Under the pieces are notes generated by a model. The model was not told the origin of the DNA and did no database searches. It was given only the letters and a program-made list of their open reading frames with translations. DNA of 64,000 nt from assembly GCA_009103225.1 (NCBI GenBank), contig RHPI01000026.1, positions 951,745 through 1,015,744 on the forward strand. The letters are read 5' to 3'. The stretch comes from Chlorokybus atmophyticus. Lineage: Eukaryota > Plantae > Mesostigma and Chlorokybus algae. A program made the translations under genes and the position numbers. Of this stretch, positions 46,952 through 63,386 are shown in pieces (positions within the stretch are counted from its first letter, which is position 1; each line of letters begins with the position of its first letter).

Positions 46952-49900
46952 ATGGCCGCTAGCAGCGACGGCGCTGAGGAGGCTGCTGTGGAGGAGGAGG
47001 AGGAGGAGGAGGAGGGCTGTGGGCTAGGCTCCGCCTCCCAGTTGGAGCCAGCGCCGTGGTCTGTGACGTCGCGGCCGTCCGGGTCGTCCGCCTCCGCAGC
47101 CGGCGACGACCAGCCACCTGCTGCAGGAGCCCCCCAAGAAGTATATGCTTTGTTTCACAACGGCTTCCCTTCCTGCTGTATGCAATTGACAACAACCAAT
47201 CTGCGACTCGCGCAATTGGCATTTACAGATATTGCGAACGAAATGTAGTCTCACACACAATATGGTTGCCAGGGTGAAGCCATGTCCAAGCATGCTCGCA
47301 CCAGGTATGCTCAGCAAACGTTTGACAAGTAGGCGTCAAAACCCGTTAGACTACATGGCAGTCGCTTTGTTACCACATTTTAACAATGAGTGCATGCTGT
47401 GTGCGTGTGTCCAGCAGTGCTGCAAGGCGTGGAGTCAGTGTTCGCGGGCGAGGAGGACAGCCGCGTGTGCAGCAGACCAGTACGCATGTTTCAAATCACC
47501 AATGGTAGCTACTGCTGAAAGCTTAGCTTCTTGAGATTTGGTTTGAAGTTCTCCAGCAGCTTACATACCATGCGAAAGCTTCTGTCCCACATGTGCGTGT
47601 GTGTGCTGTGTACGTCGCACCCACACACAACTCGTCTTGCGTATGGGCGGCAGCGCAGGTGACAATGCCGAGCCACAGCCTGCTAACAATGATGGTGAGC
47701 TGAGACACACACGCACGCACGCACACACATGCACATGCCCGCCGGCACACATGCACGCATGCACCCAACGACGCACGCACGCGCACCTACGCACACTCTG
47801 CTGGCGTGCACGAGCACGCAAGGTGTGCACGTGCACGCAAGGTGTGCACGTGTGTGCTCGTGGGGGGTGGTTGTGCGCACCCATGCACATGCACGCACGG
47901 ACGCTCATTTGTGCAAGCACAGACGCGTGCACACAAATACAGCCCATCACACTGTCATGGCATTGAGCTGTGCCTTCAACAACCTACCACAATCTACATG
48001 CGCAGTCAAGATGAAGAAGAAGCTCGGGAGACCGCGGCAGCGGCGTTCAAGTCCCTTGAAGCCACATCGTCCAAGCAAGCTTGCAGTCAAACCAACCCCC
48101 GTCACCCCAACGGCACCCATCGTGCCGTCTCACCCAATCTTCCTAGCAAAGCAGGTGAGGAGTGGTTGCTGCTTGACACCCAACTTGCTATAACAATTCT
48201 ATTCACTTTGCTCACAATGCTCGAGGTTCGACTGGCAGGTTGGGCAGCTGTACTGCATGCTTCATGAGGTCAGTTGTTTTGCTACTGTGCAATTACGTGC
48301 ACATGTGTGTTCATGGTTCTAGTTGTCTCATGTCTGTCATGTTGGTTTGTTGTCCTGCAGCATGTCCAGTTGCTTCTCCAGGTGTTTGCGCTCGCCGCTC
48401 GCGACCGCAGCACGGAGATAGTCTCAAAGACGCATCAGCTGATCGTAAGCTACCTGTTGGTTGTGTTATAGGTGCCTGGCAGTCCATGCCATGAGGCAGT
48501 AGTGTACGCCTACCACAAATGAGCCGTAACTGCGTGCCCTGCCACATACAGGTTCAACTGCTCGAAGCACGCTCCTTCCATCTTGCGCACTACAATTTTG
48601 GCTACGCTTTCCCACCTGAATGCGTGAGTATGCGCTGTGTGACAACGACATCATCACCATCAGCAGCAAAAGCATGTGTACACTGCCGAGTGTGTGTTTC
48701 ATTGCCTCGTGTGCATCCAGTTTCGTCCTCCAAACACGCAAGCATCCGTTCCATTCCATGACACCGCATTGTTCCCGCCCGCACGGCAACAGCTCGTTGC
48801 CGACTCGCCCGTGTGGCAACATCCCGTTGCCGACCCCGCATTGCTTCATACTACACCCGCCTCAACACAAGCGTGCCCTGGCACATGGAGCCCACATATC
48901 AATGGCTCAGGCCACGCTGTCTCCGTGCTCGACGTCGCGCCATTGCGCATCGCAGCAGAGTTCCTTGCAGAAATGGCCACAGGTGTGTTGCTGTTGCTGT
49001 TGTTGTTGTCATGCACGCTGCATTGGGGTGCAAGTGTTTTGCATTGGGTGGTATGTGTCTGAATTGTTATCAAAATCACTAGTGTTGTCTGTGTTTCTGC
49101 AGAGCTGCCAAGCCTTGCATCGTCTTCATCTGAGTTTGTGAACAGAGTGCCTCTGTTTGAGGTACACATTGCTCATTGAGCTATGTTGCTTCATGATGTG
49201 ACAATGCGACCATTTTAACAACCACCACAATAACAACAGTTGGCTCCCAAAGAGCGCGTGAAGAGTATGGCGCCCAAGGATGGTGCAGCGAGGACGGTGA
49301 CAAGGCCGAGCACAGAGCCGGTGATGGTCCCGCAGCGCATTGCCACCGCCATGAGACGCTTCCAGGACCTGTTCAACCCCCTATTGTTGCCGATCAGACC
49401 AGCCAAGAAGGACTTTGTCAAGCGCATGCTGTTCACTCCCGCAGAAGACCGGTGCGCACGCACGCACGTGCACAAGCACACACATACACGCATGCAACTA
49501 ATTGTCTTCACCTGGGGTCCTTCAAACTTAGGCTGCTGGCTTTGGGCATAGAGCGCTTTGGTGCTGACTGGAGGAAGATAGCGCAGCACTTCTTTCCAAG
49601 CAAGACCGAGCATCAGGTACTCACACACTTCGGCACACACAACACGCGGGTATGCTGTGTTGTTTTCCAGACTGTGCTTTTCACACAGCATCCTGCTGCA
49701 AACAGGTTGCTGCCAGACAGAAAAACCTGTGCTCCAGCCGTGCCGGCGACAACGTGGTGCGCGCAGCCAAGCTGAAAAACATGTCGCCACTTACCCCCGA
49801 GGTACACGCGCAGTGTTGTTTCAGCACAGGAGTTGTTGTAGTGTTGTGGTTGTTGCTTATCGTTGCTTGCACAGGAGTTGAGTGTGGTGGAGCAAAGGCT

Positions 49901-50916
49901 GCAGTGGTTTGGCCCCGACTGGGCACGGATCTGTGAGGGTTTCCCGTACAGAGACCATGACACGCTCAGGAGACTGTACGTCAAGGGCAAAGGTCCTGAG
50001 GCAGCGGTCCTGAAGCGCGGGAGAATGATTGGTCTCCCTCTGCCGCGGCATGTAAGAGTGTGCGTGTGTGCCTAGTGCTGTGCACAGGTGATAGAATATA
50101 TATATATTTGTCGCAAACTGCAGGGCATAGCACCATCTTTGGCGGGAGCTCAGCCAATGGCTTTGCTGCAACCTCTATACATGCCACATATGCAAGCACA
50201 GGCAAGCTGCAGTTAACAGCATCTTTGTGCTGTGGCATTTCCTGCACAACACGCTCACATGTCCATCTCTCTATAAACAGCCATTGTACATTCTTCCCCA
50301 GCAACCACCCCACGCGCACCCCGCCCTCTCTGCTACGCAACCTGTGCACCCGCGCGCACAACCACCACCACCGATGATGTCGAGGCACGTGCCACCACAC
50401 GCCGCTATTCAAACAGAAGGTGGGTGTTAACCACAAGAACCCATCAAAGCTTTTGTGTTTTGCTTTGGTGTATCATGTTCTTTCGCGCTGTGCAAAGCAG
50501 GTTTGAACTCGCCTGGCCGCAGTGGGCAAAGCAGCGGCTTCGTGCCATGGTCAGGTGGCAGCGGCAATGTGGACACGTTGATTGCATCACGTAGCAATGC
50601 CCGCAAGCGCCCTCAGTCCAAGTCTGAAAGGTTGCCGAAGAAGTCCAAAGCACCGGTCAGAGCAGCAACATATTTTGCAATGCCAGAGCCTCTCCCGCCT
50701 TCTGGCGGCCACATACGCATGCAAGAAGCGGGACTGGAGTTTGAGAGAGAGGAGTTGATTGACTCTGATTCGGATACGGACATTGGTGGCGAGGAAGACT
50801 TGCAAATGGCGTGGGAGCCGCCACAGGAAGAGTTTGAGAAGGAAGAGCTGCCTGACTCTGAGGACGAGGTGTTTGAGCGTGAAGAGCTGCCGAACTCTGA
50901 CTCAGATGCAGCTTGA
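46952..50916 (+). CDS. DUO3: DUO3/GON-4-like homeodomain/Myb-like nuclear protein
   Basis: FNPLLLP..P....LFTPAEDR|LLALGIERFGADWRKIAQHFFPSKTEHQ|VAARQKN..SSRAGDNVVRAAK...SPLTPE|EL..VEQRLQWFGPDW..I..FPYRD, acidic N-terminus and C-terminal EFEREEL.DSD. Middle exons not fully resolved. Confidence 0.8.
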
Positions 50917-51732
50917 CACTGCTTTTAAGAATCCGCGTGCGAGTGTACAGAAGGCTTCTGGCATATTTCCTGCATGCAAGTGGTTGAGCGGATTGCACTG
51001 CACAAGTCGATGACGCTCAATACTGATATACTCACACGCTTACGTTTTAGCATGTGTGTGACAGTGCAATAGGTTGCAAGCTATGCCCTTTCCAGCTGCC
51101 TCCCTTTTTGCATCTTACACAGGGAAAATCTCGCAGCATGTCAGCATTGTACATGCTGATGAGTTTGGCAACCTCGTAACCTCATAACTGTGAAACCCCT
51201 ATGTTGCTTGGCATCGCAGTTACTCTGTTCGTGCAACTATGAGAGCTCTCACAGTTTCATTACTATTGGAGAAAAGGACAATACACCCAAACCCTGTCTG
51301 GGCTTGTTCTGGTTCGTTTGCCTAATCGCAGGCTTGGTCAGTCAATCATGCTACTTCTTCCAGGGTGTTATGTGCAAAACGTGGTAATATAGTGTCTGGA
51401 CACTGCATGGACAAGGTACGCAACTACTATTCAATTGTGGTTTGCAATCCCAACATGTACAGATGCACTCTTAACAGGCTGCAGGATAGATGCAGGCAAA
51501 GGCGGAACTGGTGGAAGCATCAGGAGAGTTGCGCAGAGCGAGCCTGCAGCAACCACTCGTACTATACAACGATCGTGGTTGCGCTAACATCTAGACTGCA
51601 TCAATATCACACTACACCTCCACGCAAAACACGCCAACCCTCGAGGGTTGCACGCACTGCACACGCTATACTTTGCTCAAACATAAATTCGATTGTACAC
51701 TTTTTTGTACACTTTGGCCAGAACATGGGACG

Positions 51733-54690
<2,958 letters not shown>

Positions 54691-56295
54691 GTTCAACTCC
54701 CTTCCTCAGCCCAGCCCACAGCCTCCTCTCCTCACCGCTTCTATGCTCGCCTCACGGTGCTCCCGGCTGGCGGCGGCGGCGGCGGCGAGGATGAGCAGCA
54801 CGCTCAGGGCAACGTTGCTGAGCATTTGCACATCATGTCATGTGTGGACCATTCATGTTGTGCTCCCATGTAATACAATCACATTCATGCAGTGTGTGAG
54901 TTTCTGACCTTCACGGCATGCAAGTCACGGGTAGCCCGGAGTTAACTCACACTGTGGCACTACGACAACAATACCGGAAGCACCAATGGAACATTTCATT
55001 GCCTTTTCATTCTACACAAACAGTACAATGCATGTACTCAATGTGCTTAATTACATGCACGTCGCTATGTCCCATCAATTGCCCTTTGCTGTTGATCAGC
55101 CATTGCTGTATCAAATGCACATGATAAGAGTTAAGGCTGCCAGCTGTACATAAATGTGTGATATATCGTGTGTGCAAAGTTTGTGTCATTGCACCGAGTT
55201 AGCACATTAGTTCTTATCGCAATTATTCATGTATCACCTCGCTTATGATTAAAAACGTATTGCAATACAAGATGCGAGCAAGCACTATCAATGCAAGCTG
55301 GTCATATATCCCTTGCAACAATGCTGTTACAACAAAACTAGCAATAACGAAAGGGACATTATACGAACTTGTGACCTTGTGTGTAAATCTACGCACAAAG
55401 TCGCAATTCATTTGGATGCACTACAAGAATTGTGCTGCACGCCATGGCCAAATCTTCACACTATTTATACCTCACATGTCATTATGCCATCCTTCATTTG
55501 CGCGGCCTCTTTAGTACTAATTTTTACCGCAAGATGTGCAATATACCCACTGCACAGCAAACACATAGCAGCACATAGTTGCACTAGGTGAGTAGTTTAG
55601 AAGCGCGTGGGTCGCGTAATGATATGTGCGATGTCGACCTACATCTGCTTGTAACTGCTTTTGCTTGCGTGTGCTGCTAATTGTTGCACTGTGTGTGGTG
55701 TGAGTGCTACGTTGCAAATCGATTTAATGCGCAATATACCTTGCATGTTGTGGCACTGACCAATCAACTATATTTTTACATAGTATCGGGCTTTGTGTGC
55801 AGAGTAGCCGCCACTTGCATAGCATGGAACATATGACTCATTGTTTCACAAAAAGGCTTCGTATTGGGTTGATTCTTCCAACACTTATATCAACAAGGTA
55901 GCTACCAAATCTCATGTGCGTACCCAATATATGCATGACATGAATAAAAACACAACGCAACGCATGATATAATGCACGGCGTTGTGATTTTACTCATGTG
56001 GAAACGAAAAGCGCGTTTACATCAAGCAATAATATTGCTGATCTATGTGAACGCGCTCGAGCTCTTGGTCTTCAATACGCACAGCTTAATGCAAATCATA
56101 AACATGTGTACACTTACGCGTTATGTATATTTTAATCTACAAATGCAAGCTACGAGCGGAGGTGTTGTTGATATAAACATATCAGAAAGTTACAAACGTA
56201 TTATAATATAAGTTGATTTATAGTACAAATCAATTCGACGCTGTTAATACAAATACACATACACGCGCACGCATACACACACATACACGGTTGTT

Positions 56296-56363
56296 TGTTG
56301 TATATATGCATGTATACATATGCAATACATGTATTGCATATGTATACATGCATATATACAACA
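56296..56363. repeat. Perfect 68-bp spacerless AT-rich palindrome
   Basis: TGTTGTATATATGCATGTATACATATGCAATACA|TGTATTGCATATGTATACATGCATATATACAACA. Confidence 0.95.
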
Positions 56364-57356
56364 GCAAGATTTGAATCGATAACAAGACTCGTGACTTGCG
56401 ATGTGTGTGTGTCGCTACATGACTAATGGATTAGGCGATAATCACGCAGCCTATGTCATGTTGCCAAACAATGTGCGAACAGTCTTATGGCGGTGCTCCT
56501 TAAAAAGGGCATTGACTTTCAGCCCTCATTTGTCGTGAGTGCTTAAAGCTTGTTGCCAACATTGCTTAAACAAGTCATTGGTATCATTACTAGTTTGCTA
56601 TGCTCACCCACAATGACATTGATTAAGCAGCTCCTGCATGGGTATATGATATGCACGATACATTAACGCTTGGTTCAGCGTATGTGCATGCATGTACATA
56701 TGCATGCAACTATGCATCTACAAAACTACCAAGCTCCGAGCAAGTTGAACACCCTGGCAATCAACAACCAATGCCGGCATTTATGACTTACCATGCTACA
56801 TTGCAAGCATGACATATATAGTGATGCTAACTACCACAAAGGCAAGAACTACGCCAGCCATAAAGAAGCACAGATGCACCATACAAAGCTGATGGCAAAC
56901 CATAGCATGAGTGTGCGCGCTTATGCGACACCAATCAACACTGCACACGCTGCAAACCGCCATGCACACGCACACGAGAGTGCTGCAATCAGTGTTGGCG
57001 TGAAGGGAACAAAAAGGTGAGAAGCTAAGCTACTTGAGCCCGCTTGATTCAGCTGGTCCTGTCAGGCAAACTGCTGCAGATAACTCACCGTACACGCAGC
57101 AAAGTTCACAGGGTTACAAGCTGTTGCCTGTGTATGAATCGCGAGGCCCTGCATGCGTGCGTATGCAAGCTTTACACTGCTTGCAAGTTTGTGAGGTAAG
57201 AAATGACATTGTTTGTCACTTGGCTGTTGTTTCTGTGTGAGTGTCACTAGCAAATGCAATTATTAGATGACACCGCGTGTTGGTGTGTGGACTTTATATT
57301 GATGTCACCAAGTTTGGATCTCCAAAGACGGAAAACCAACCCCCAGCCATGGGGGG

Positions 57357-57410
57357 AGAGCGCGAGCGAGCGAGCGAGCGAGAGAGCGAGAGAGAGAGAG
57401 AGCGAGAGAG

Positions 57411-57458
<48 letters not shown>

Positions 57459-57459
57459 N

Positions 57460-57495
<36 letters not shown>
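57357..57495. repeat. Compound (GAGC)n/(GA)n microsatellite
   Basis: Direct. Confidence 0.97.
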
Positions 57496-57497
<2 letters not shown>

Positions 57498-58999
57498 CTA
57501 AGCACACAAAAGCTGCAAGCCACCATGACACGTTTGGCGACAACAGCGCCAGCATGCATGCAACCATGAGCAAGCCCAGGCAAGCCTAGCCCGATCGCTG
57601 GAAACCCACTCTACGATTAGCCTAAGCAACCCAAGGCGACTAACTGACTCCATGCCTGCCCCAAATAGCAATGTGCACGCTTGTACAGTGCAACAGGCAG
57701 GTGGGTGGGACTCACGAGCACGTCACCTGCCATCAATTGGGGCAGGCCTTGCTTTGGACAACCTCGCTCGTCTCGTGTCAGCACGTGGTAGACTGTCCCC
57801 GTCGGCTCCTCTACCGCCTGTAAAGCTGAAGCATTGGATAGCACGAACAACAACTGAGTACACATGTTTTTGCACAAGGGGGCTACGACAACAGCATACC
57901 TGCCTGGCCAGGTCCATAGAGTGTCTGTCTGCTGCTGTCGAAGATGAGTATGTTCTGCATGTCAGTGGGCTCACGATGAAGCCAATCAACAGCTGCTAGA
58001 GGTTTGATTGGAATCTTGCAGTAGTCTGCTACTTCTTCTCTCTCTTACATACATGTGCGCATGCACATGTCTTGGATGCTATATTTTACAGAACTCTCCA
58101 TGTTCGTGCGCTTGACCGGGCCGTTGTGCATGTGTGATCGGTTTGCATTTGGAATGTGAATCAGCCCAGTGTATAGAATATGCAATGTGGTGTGTTATGG
58201 CACGACACGTGCATGAGCAACATTAGTATGCACAGTCTGCAAGCACTACAATTACCGGTACCGGCTGTATCAATTCGCTCACTACCTATTTACCTTGACT
58301 ACCGCCCTCAATGCGTGCGCCGGCAGGTTGGTGGCACTCATGTATATGCCTTGGTGCAGAGAGGTGTCACACCCATGTACATATTTGTATAGAGTTTGTC
58401 AGAGGCACACTCCTGCTGCTGCTGCTGCTCCTATGGTTGTGGTCGTTGTGGTTGCTGTTGCTGCTGCTGTGCATGTCTGCATGAGAGTCTTGCACGCACG
58501 CACGTGCACGTGCCCATGCGCAACAGATGTATTGCGTTGTAATGTGCACGTATTTGATTCAGTGCGACAGCAACATCTGCGCAAAGAGATGCCATGCTGC
58601 ACGCAAAAACCTTGGGAACTGCAGCTGCACAATGCGCTAACATGCGTGTTTCATTGCCAACTGCGCCACGTTGGCTGTGCGTATAGTTGTGCAGCTCAAC
58701 CAGTGGTTACAGTTAAATGCAATGTGCATGGAGCAGATTTCCCCACTCCACACATGCCGACACGCGATCGTCGTGTCTCAGCGGGAGGCCAGGCATAAAC
58801 CAACGCGAACTTGTGTATTGAACATGCGCACGGACAGCCTCAGACGGTACGGTACGAGTCAGTCACTACCACACCCGTGCACTCGTACACACACAGCTGA
58901 TCACACAGAGCCGAGAGCCCCCACACCGTGACACCTCAACCTATGCACCACCACACATCCTTTGGGCTACTACTCTCATAGGTACCCCGCACTCCCGCT

Positions 59000-60185
59000 C
59001 TCACCGTCATGGCGGGCAGCTGCAGCCTGCCAGAATGTGCGGCAAGAGTGTTAGGCGAGAGGTCAGATACATGATACGTGTGTGGTCACAGTATGGCTGT
59101 GTAGTGGGCAACTAGAAGCAGCAGCTAACTCTTCTCGTTCTGTCTCCCCTCACACATTGCTTGCCAGCGCCTGATCTACGAGTCCGCCCTCCTCGATCAA
59201 TCCCCCGCTCTGCACCGCCTCCGCGGCCGCAAGACGCACCGCAGCATCCTGACATAGTAGCACCAGTCATGCTGTGTGGTGTCTTGACTTTGAATTGAGT
59301 TTAGAGACACACTGCATGCATGCATGCTTTGCGTGTGTGTTGCCATTTTCATGGGCACCCCGCCGAGGTACTCGGGCGGACCCGCTGCGTTCTCCATAGG
59401 GTATCTACACACGCAAACGCACATATGTTGGCAACCACACGTTGGCAAATACGAAGGTGTGGAACAAGTAACTGTGCACAAGCCATCATGATTACTCACT
59501 GAGGGATGCGGGCGGGGAAGTCACCTCGCGCATGGAGGTCGGCGGCGGACTGTGCACACGAGGAAGAATGGAGGCAAGTTCTCAGATATAAACACAACAA
59601 CAAGTGTGTTGTTGAGGCGCATGCAAAGAAGCGAACTCCTGTGCACAAGTGCGTCCAAGTACGCTGGAACAACTCATGATTGTGTACACGTGCAGGTGCA
59701 GCAGCCTGCAAGTATGCACTGTACCGCCAGACACAATTGCGTTTAAGAGTGTTATCATCATCACATTCACATTCCCACCCACCTGCGCCTTTGCCGCGAA
59801 TCCCCCCGCCCGTCTGATGCGCCTTAGCAGACTCGATCCACGCTGCCCCGGCCTGAACACAGAGGGCGCGGGTGTGTGCGCATGAGTGTTAGGCATAGAC
59901 ATGCATGCAACGAGCAAAACGTGTGCGCGAGTGCATGTTTTGAGTCAGTCCATTTGAGCATGCAGTCTGTGCTCGCACTCGCGCTCGCGCACAAGGGACA
60001 GCATCGTGCTAGCTGGTGGCATGCCAAACGTTAGAAGCTGCAAGTACTAAGAGTAGAAAGGCTCGCATACTCGGTACCATCATGGTACCGCCCGGAAAAC
60101 GCACCTTGGTCATGCCATTGGGCACTCCGGTAGGCAGGTACTCCGGCGGGCGCAGGTCGGGATTGAAGTTGACCTTGGAAGACAT
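59000..60185 (-). CDS. Hypothetical small multi-exon protein with two internal PPEYL-GVP repeats; 3' end unresolved
   Basis: Manual splice model: MSSKVNFNPDLRPPEYLPTGVPNGMTK|AGAAWIESAKAHQTGGGIRGKGA|VRRRPPCA|RYPMENAAGPPEYLGGVPMKM|DAAVRLAAAEAVQSGGLIEEGG. Early junctions are canonical; later ones would need GC donors. Confidence 0.45.
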
Positions 60186-61103
60186 CTTGGCTGCTTGTGT
60201 ACTCGCGCTCTCGCTCTCATCGCTCTTGAACCTCAAAGCAACAACAACAGCGAACAAAAGAAAAATATAGGAGGACAAGAAGAAAGAAGCCTCCTTGTTT
60301 TGGTTTGGCTAGCCCACCCCTGGTGTGCAGAAGGCACTTGAGCTCACTTGCTCACTCACTCACTCACTCACTCATTTCTTCGCTTATGGGGACGCTATGC
60401 TATGCTGGGCTGGGCTGGGCTGGGTTGCAATGGTGCGATGAAAGGGATGTAACAAAGCGTCAGTGATGTACGAGACTGAGTGCTGGGCTGAGCTGCTACA
60501 CCCCAAACAGGTGCCGATCACGATGCTTCTGTCAACGACATGCACAGTACTGCTGAGGTCAGCACACGCGCATATAGGGACGTCAGCAGTGCAACAGGAG
60601 ACGTTGTGATGCACACACAACCCGTAGACGTGCACAAACCCCGTACACTTACACAGTTGCCACAAGTCATCAACGTGCATGCACTTGCTGGGAAACGGAG
60701 ATGCAGGCAACTGTTACCTCCTCCTGCGCATGCATGCAAGGAGACGGCGGGTACTTATCTACAATCAGTGCGCTGAAATCAACCTCCCAAAACAACCTTC
60801 CCTCGAGGCATTGATGTGCCTTTTCACGCATCCATGCGACTGTGTGTGATGTGTGCATCGTGCACACAAACTACATACCCGCTGCACATGCCAGATGCTT
60901 CGTGCTGTCGTAGTCACAAGCAGAAGTGGATTGGTTGGACACACAGAGTTCGGAGTACAATGCTTAACGGAAGAGTCTGAGCCCTTTTTGTTACTACCTA
61001 CTACTTGTCCCTCTAAAGTCCACAAGGCCAAGACAGCTGCGACACGTTTGTGTACCTTCCAGCACACGGCAGCCATTGTGCTGGGGATGCTTCAGCAAAG
61101 CTC

Positions 61104-61559
61104 TCACACCGCAGTGGGGCACCAGACGAACGCAACGCCCACGGTGAGAGGCGCGGACCACAGGTTGTCGTTGGACCAGGTGCATATGGCAGTGCCTTCA
61201 TAGATCGTAGCTTCAAGCAGAGCAACGCCCGGTGGTGCCATGTTATTTTTGCGGCATAGGACCTGCACGGACCTTCCGGAGCTCTGGTCGTCGGGCTGGA
61301 CCTCAATGACGTTAGCTGTGCTTCCGCTGAAGCTATAGGCAGCCTCGAAGTAGTAGCTGGAACATCCATCTGCCACCAGTGACGGAGGCAGTGCAATACA
61401 CGGTCCGGTGGTGCTTGCTGAGCATGAAGAGGCGCGGACCCTGGAATAGACGTTCTTCAACATGTTCACTGGCCTGCAGGTTTTCGTGGTGGTAGCATGA
61501 ACACCCGCAAGTCCTGTTGTCAGCATGATGACTGCTGCCAGAAGCAGCGCCGTCTTCAT
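61104..61559 (-). CDS. Secreted Cys-rich protein, 151 aa, unknown family (paralog 1)
   Basis: Intact intronless ORF with signal peptide MKTALLLAAVIMLTTGLAGVHA and 7 Cys; conserved with paralog 2. Confidence 0.85.
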   Translation of the reverse strand: MKTALLLAAVIMLTTGLAGVHATTTKTCRPVNMLKNVYSRVRASSCSASTTGPCIALPPSLVADGCSSYYFEAAYSFSGSTANVIEVQPDDQSSGRSVQVLCRKNNMAPPGVALLEATIYEGTAICTWSNDNLWSAPLTVGVAFVWCPTAV

Positions 61560-62930
61560 CGCGTTCTGCATCAAGAGCAGAAATCCACAAGTGAGCAAGT
61601 CGGTTTTCTCTATGCAAACCGAAGGCCAAGCAGTTGCTGATGTCCACATACTTACAAAACGTATGCCAGAACGTATGTCATCCATCACAGTGGCAGTGTG
61701 CAAGGCAAGACTTACAGGTGCTAGAGGGAGCCTGATGCGTAGAGGACGCAGATCACCAGGTTGTCAACGGCAGTGTCTTGAAGCTCGCTGTGTGCATTGC
61801 CAGGAAACCTTCCCCTTTTTGTACGCGACTGAGACTGAGGCCTTTTCGTCTGTCCGTCTCGACGGCTGCCGCGGCAGCACTGAGGGCATGGCGGCGCCTT
61901 GCTCAGCTCTGGGCATGATGGCCCGCCTGCAAGGAGTGGATGGCGCGCGCTGTGACGCGGCACGAGGCCTATTGCGGCTGCTGCGTCATCTTCCTCAGCC
62001 CAAGGCAAGCCCGCCGGCCGCCAGGTGAGTAAGCTGCTGTCAGCAGGGAAAATGTAGTAGTACCTTATCCTAACTGCTGTGTGTTGTGTTGTTCTGCTCA
62101 GACGCTCTCGGAGGAGTTGAAGTTGACGTGACGTGTTGTGCTGTCAACTGGTTGCATGCGACGAGAGCGGTACTGAGTCTTGATAGTGCGGCTAGGCGTG
62201 ACTGGTGCTGACGCGGATCTTTTGGCAGCACGTGGTGGTAGCCTATACCCTACACCGTGTTTGGCGCGGTAACAACAAGGCGACCGTATTGATGCGTCGC
62301 GGAGTCGCTTTGTGTGGACGAACTCGACGCCTTATCTTATCGGGCTGTGATACACAGCCTATAGGATATACGTACTATTATACTATTATATTTCCCCTGC
62401 TGACAGCTCAACTACCTGGCTACCAGCTGAGTAAGATGCCGGCGGCAGCATCACGTCATGCCGCAATAGCCACAACTTTTGATTTTTGAACCACGGCACA
62501 GCGCGCGCCATCCACTCTTGGCAGGCGGGCTATCTTGCACAGAGCTGAGCAAGGCGCCGCTTATCTGCGCCATGCCCTCTGTGCTGCGTTGTCAGGCCGC
62601 GGCAACCGGCCAAAAAGACAGTCAGTCTCAGTCGAGTATAGAAAGGGGAAGGTCCTCCTGGTAACGCATACTGCGAGCTTCAAGACACTGCCGTTGACAA
62701 CCTTGTGGTCTGCGTCCGCCACTCACCAGGCTCCCTCTAGCACCGGTAAGTCTCGCCTTGCACACTGTCATTGTGGTAGATCACATGCTGGCATGCGTCT
62801 TGACAGTACGCGTCTTGACATTGATGAGTTATCAATGTCAAGACGCGTACTGTCAGCTGCTTGGCCTTCGGTTTGCACGGGGAATACCGACTTGCTCACG
62901 TGTGGATATCTGCTCTTGATGCAGATGGCG

Positions 62931-63386
62931 ATGAAGACGGCGCTGCTCCTGGCAGCAGTCATCATGCTGACAACAGGACTTGCGGGTGTTCATGCCACCA
63001 CCACGAAAACCTGCAGGCCAGTGAACACGTTGAAGGACGTCTTTCGCGAAGTCAACGCCTCTCCATGCACCTCAGGCGACAATGGCGTGTGTATTCCAGT
63101 GCCTCAGTCACTGGCGGCAGAAGGATGTTCCAGCTACTACTTCCAGGGTGCCTATAGCTTGGACGGAAGCGCAGCCAACGTCTTTTATGTCAGCCCTAAC
63201 GATCAGAGCTCCGGAAAGGCCGTGCAGGTCCTATGCCGCAAGAATAGCTTGGCACCACCGGGCGTTGCTCTGGTTGAAACTCAGATCTCAAACGGCGCTG
63301 CCGGATGCACCTGGTCCAACGACAACCTGTGGTCCGCGCCTCTCACCGTGGGCGTTGCGTTCGTCTGGTGCCCCAATGCGGTGTGA
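62931..63386 (+). CDS. Secreted Cys-rich protein, 151 aa, unknown family (paralog 2)
   Basis: Same length, signal peptide and 7 Cys as paralog 1. Preceded by a 5'UTR intron (gtaagt near 62745 to tgatgcag near 62924); an alternative ATG lies at 62925. Confidence 0.85.
   Translation: MKTALLLAAVIMLTTGLAGVHATTTKTCRPVNTLKDVFREVNASPCTSGDNGVCIPVPQSLAAEGCSSYYFQGAYSLDGSAANVFYVSPNDQSSGKAVQVLCRKNSLAPPGVALVETQISNGAAGCTWSNDNLWSAPLTVGVAFVWCPNAV

Noticed and set aside
54900-57300. Short ORFs in the AT-rich spacer
   Set aside because: No recognisable motifs, low GC, no splice-consistent chain.
62535-62924. Long N-terminal extensions of the secreted paralogues (283-aa and 199-aa ORF calls)
   Set aside because: They run through a 5'UTR intron, are not frame-conserved between the two copies, and would bury the signal peptide.
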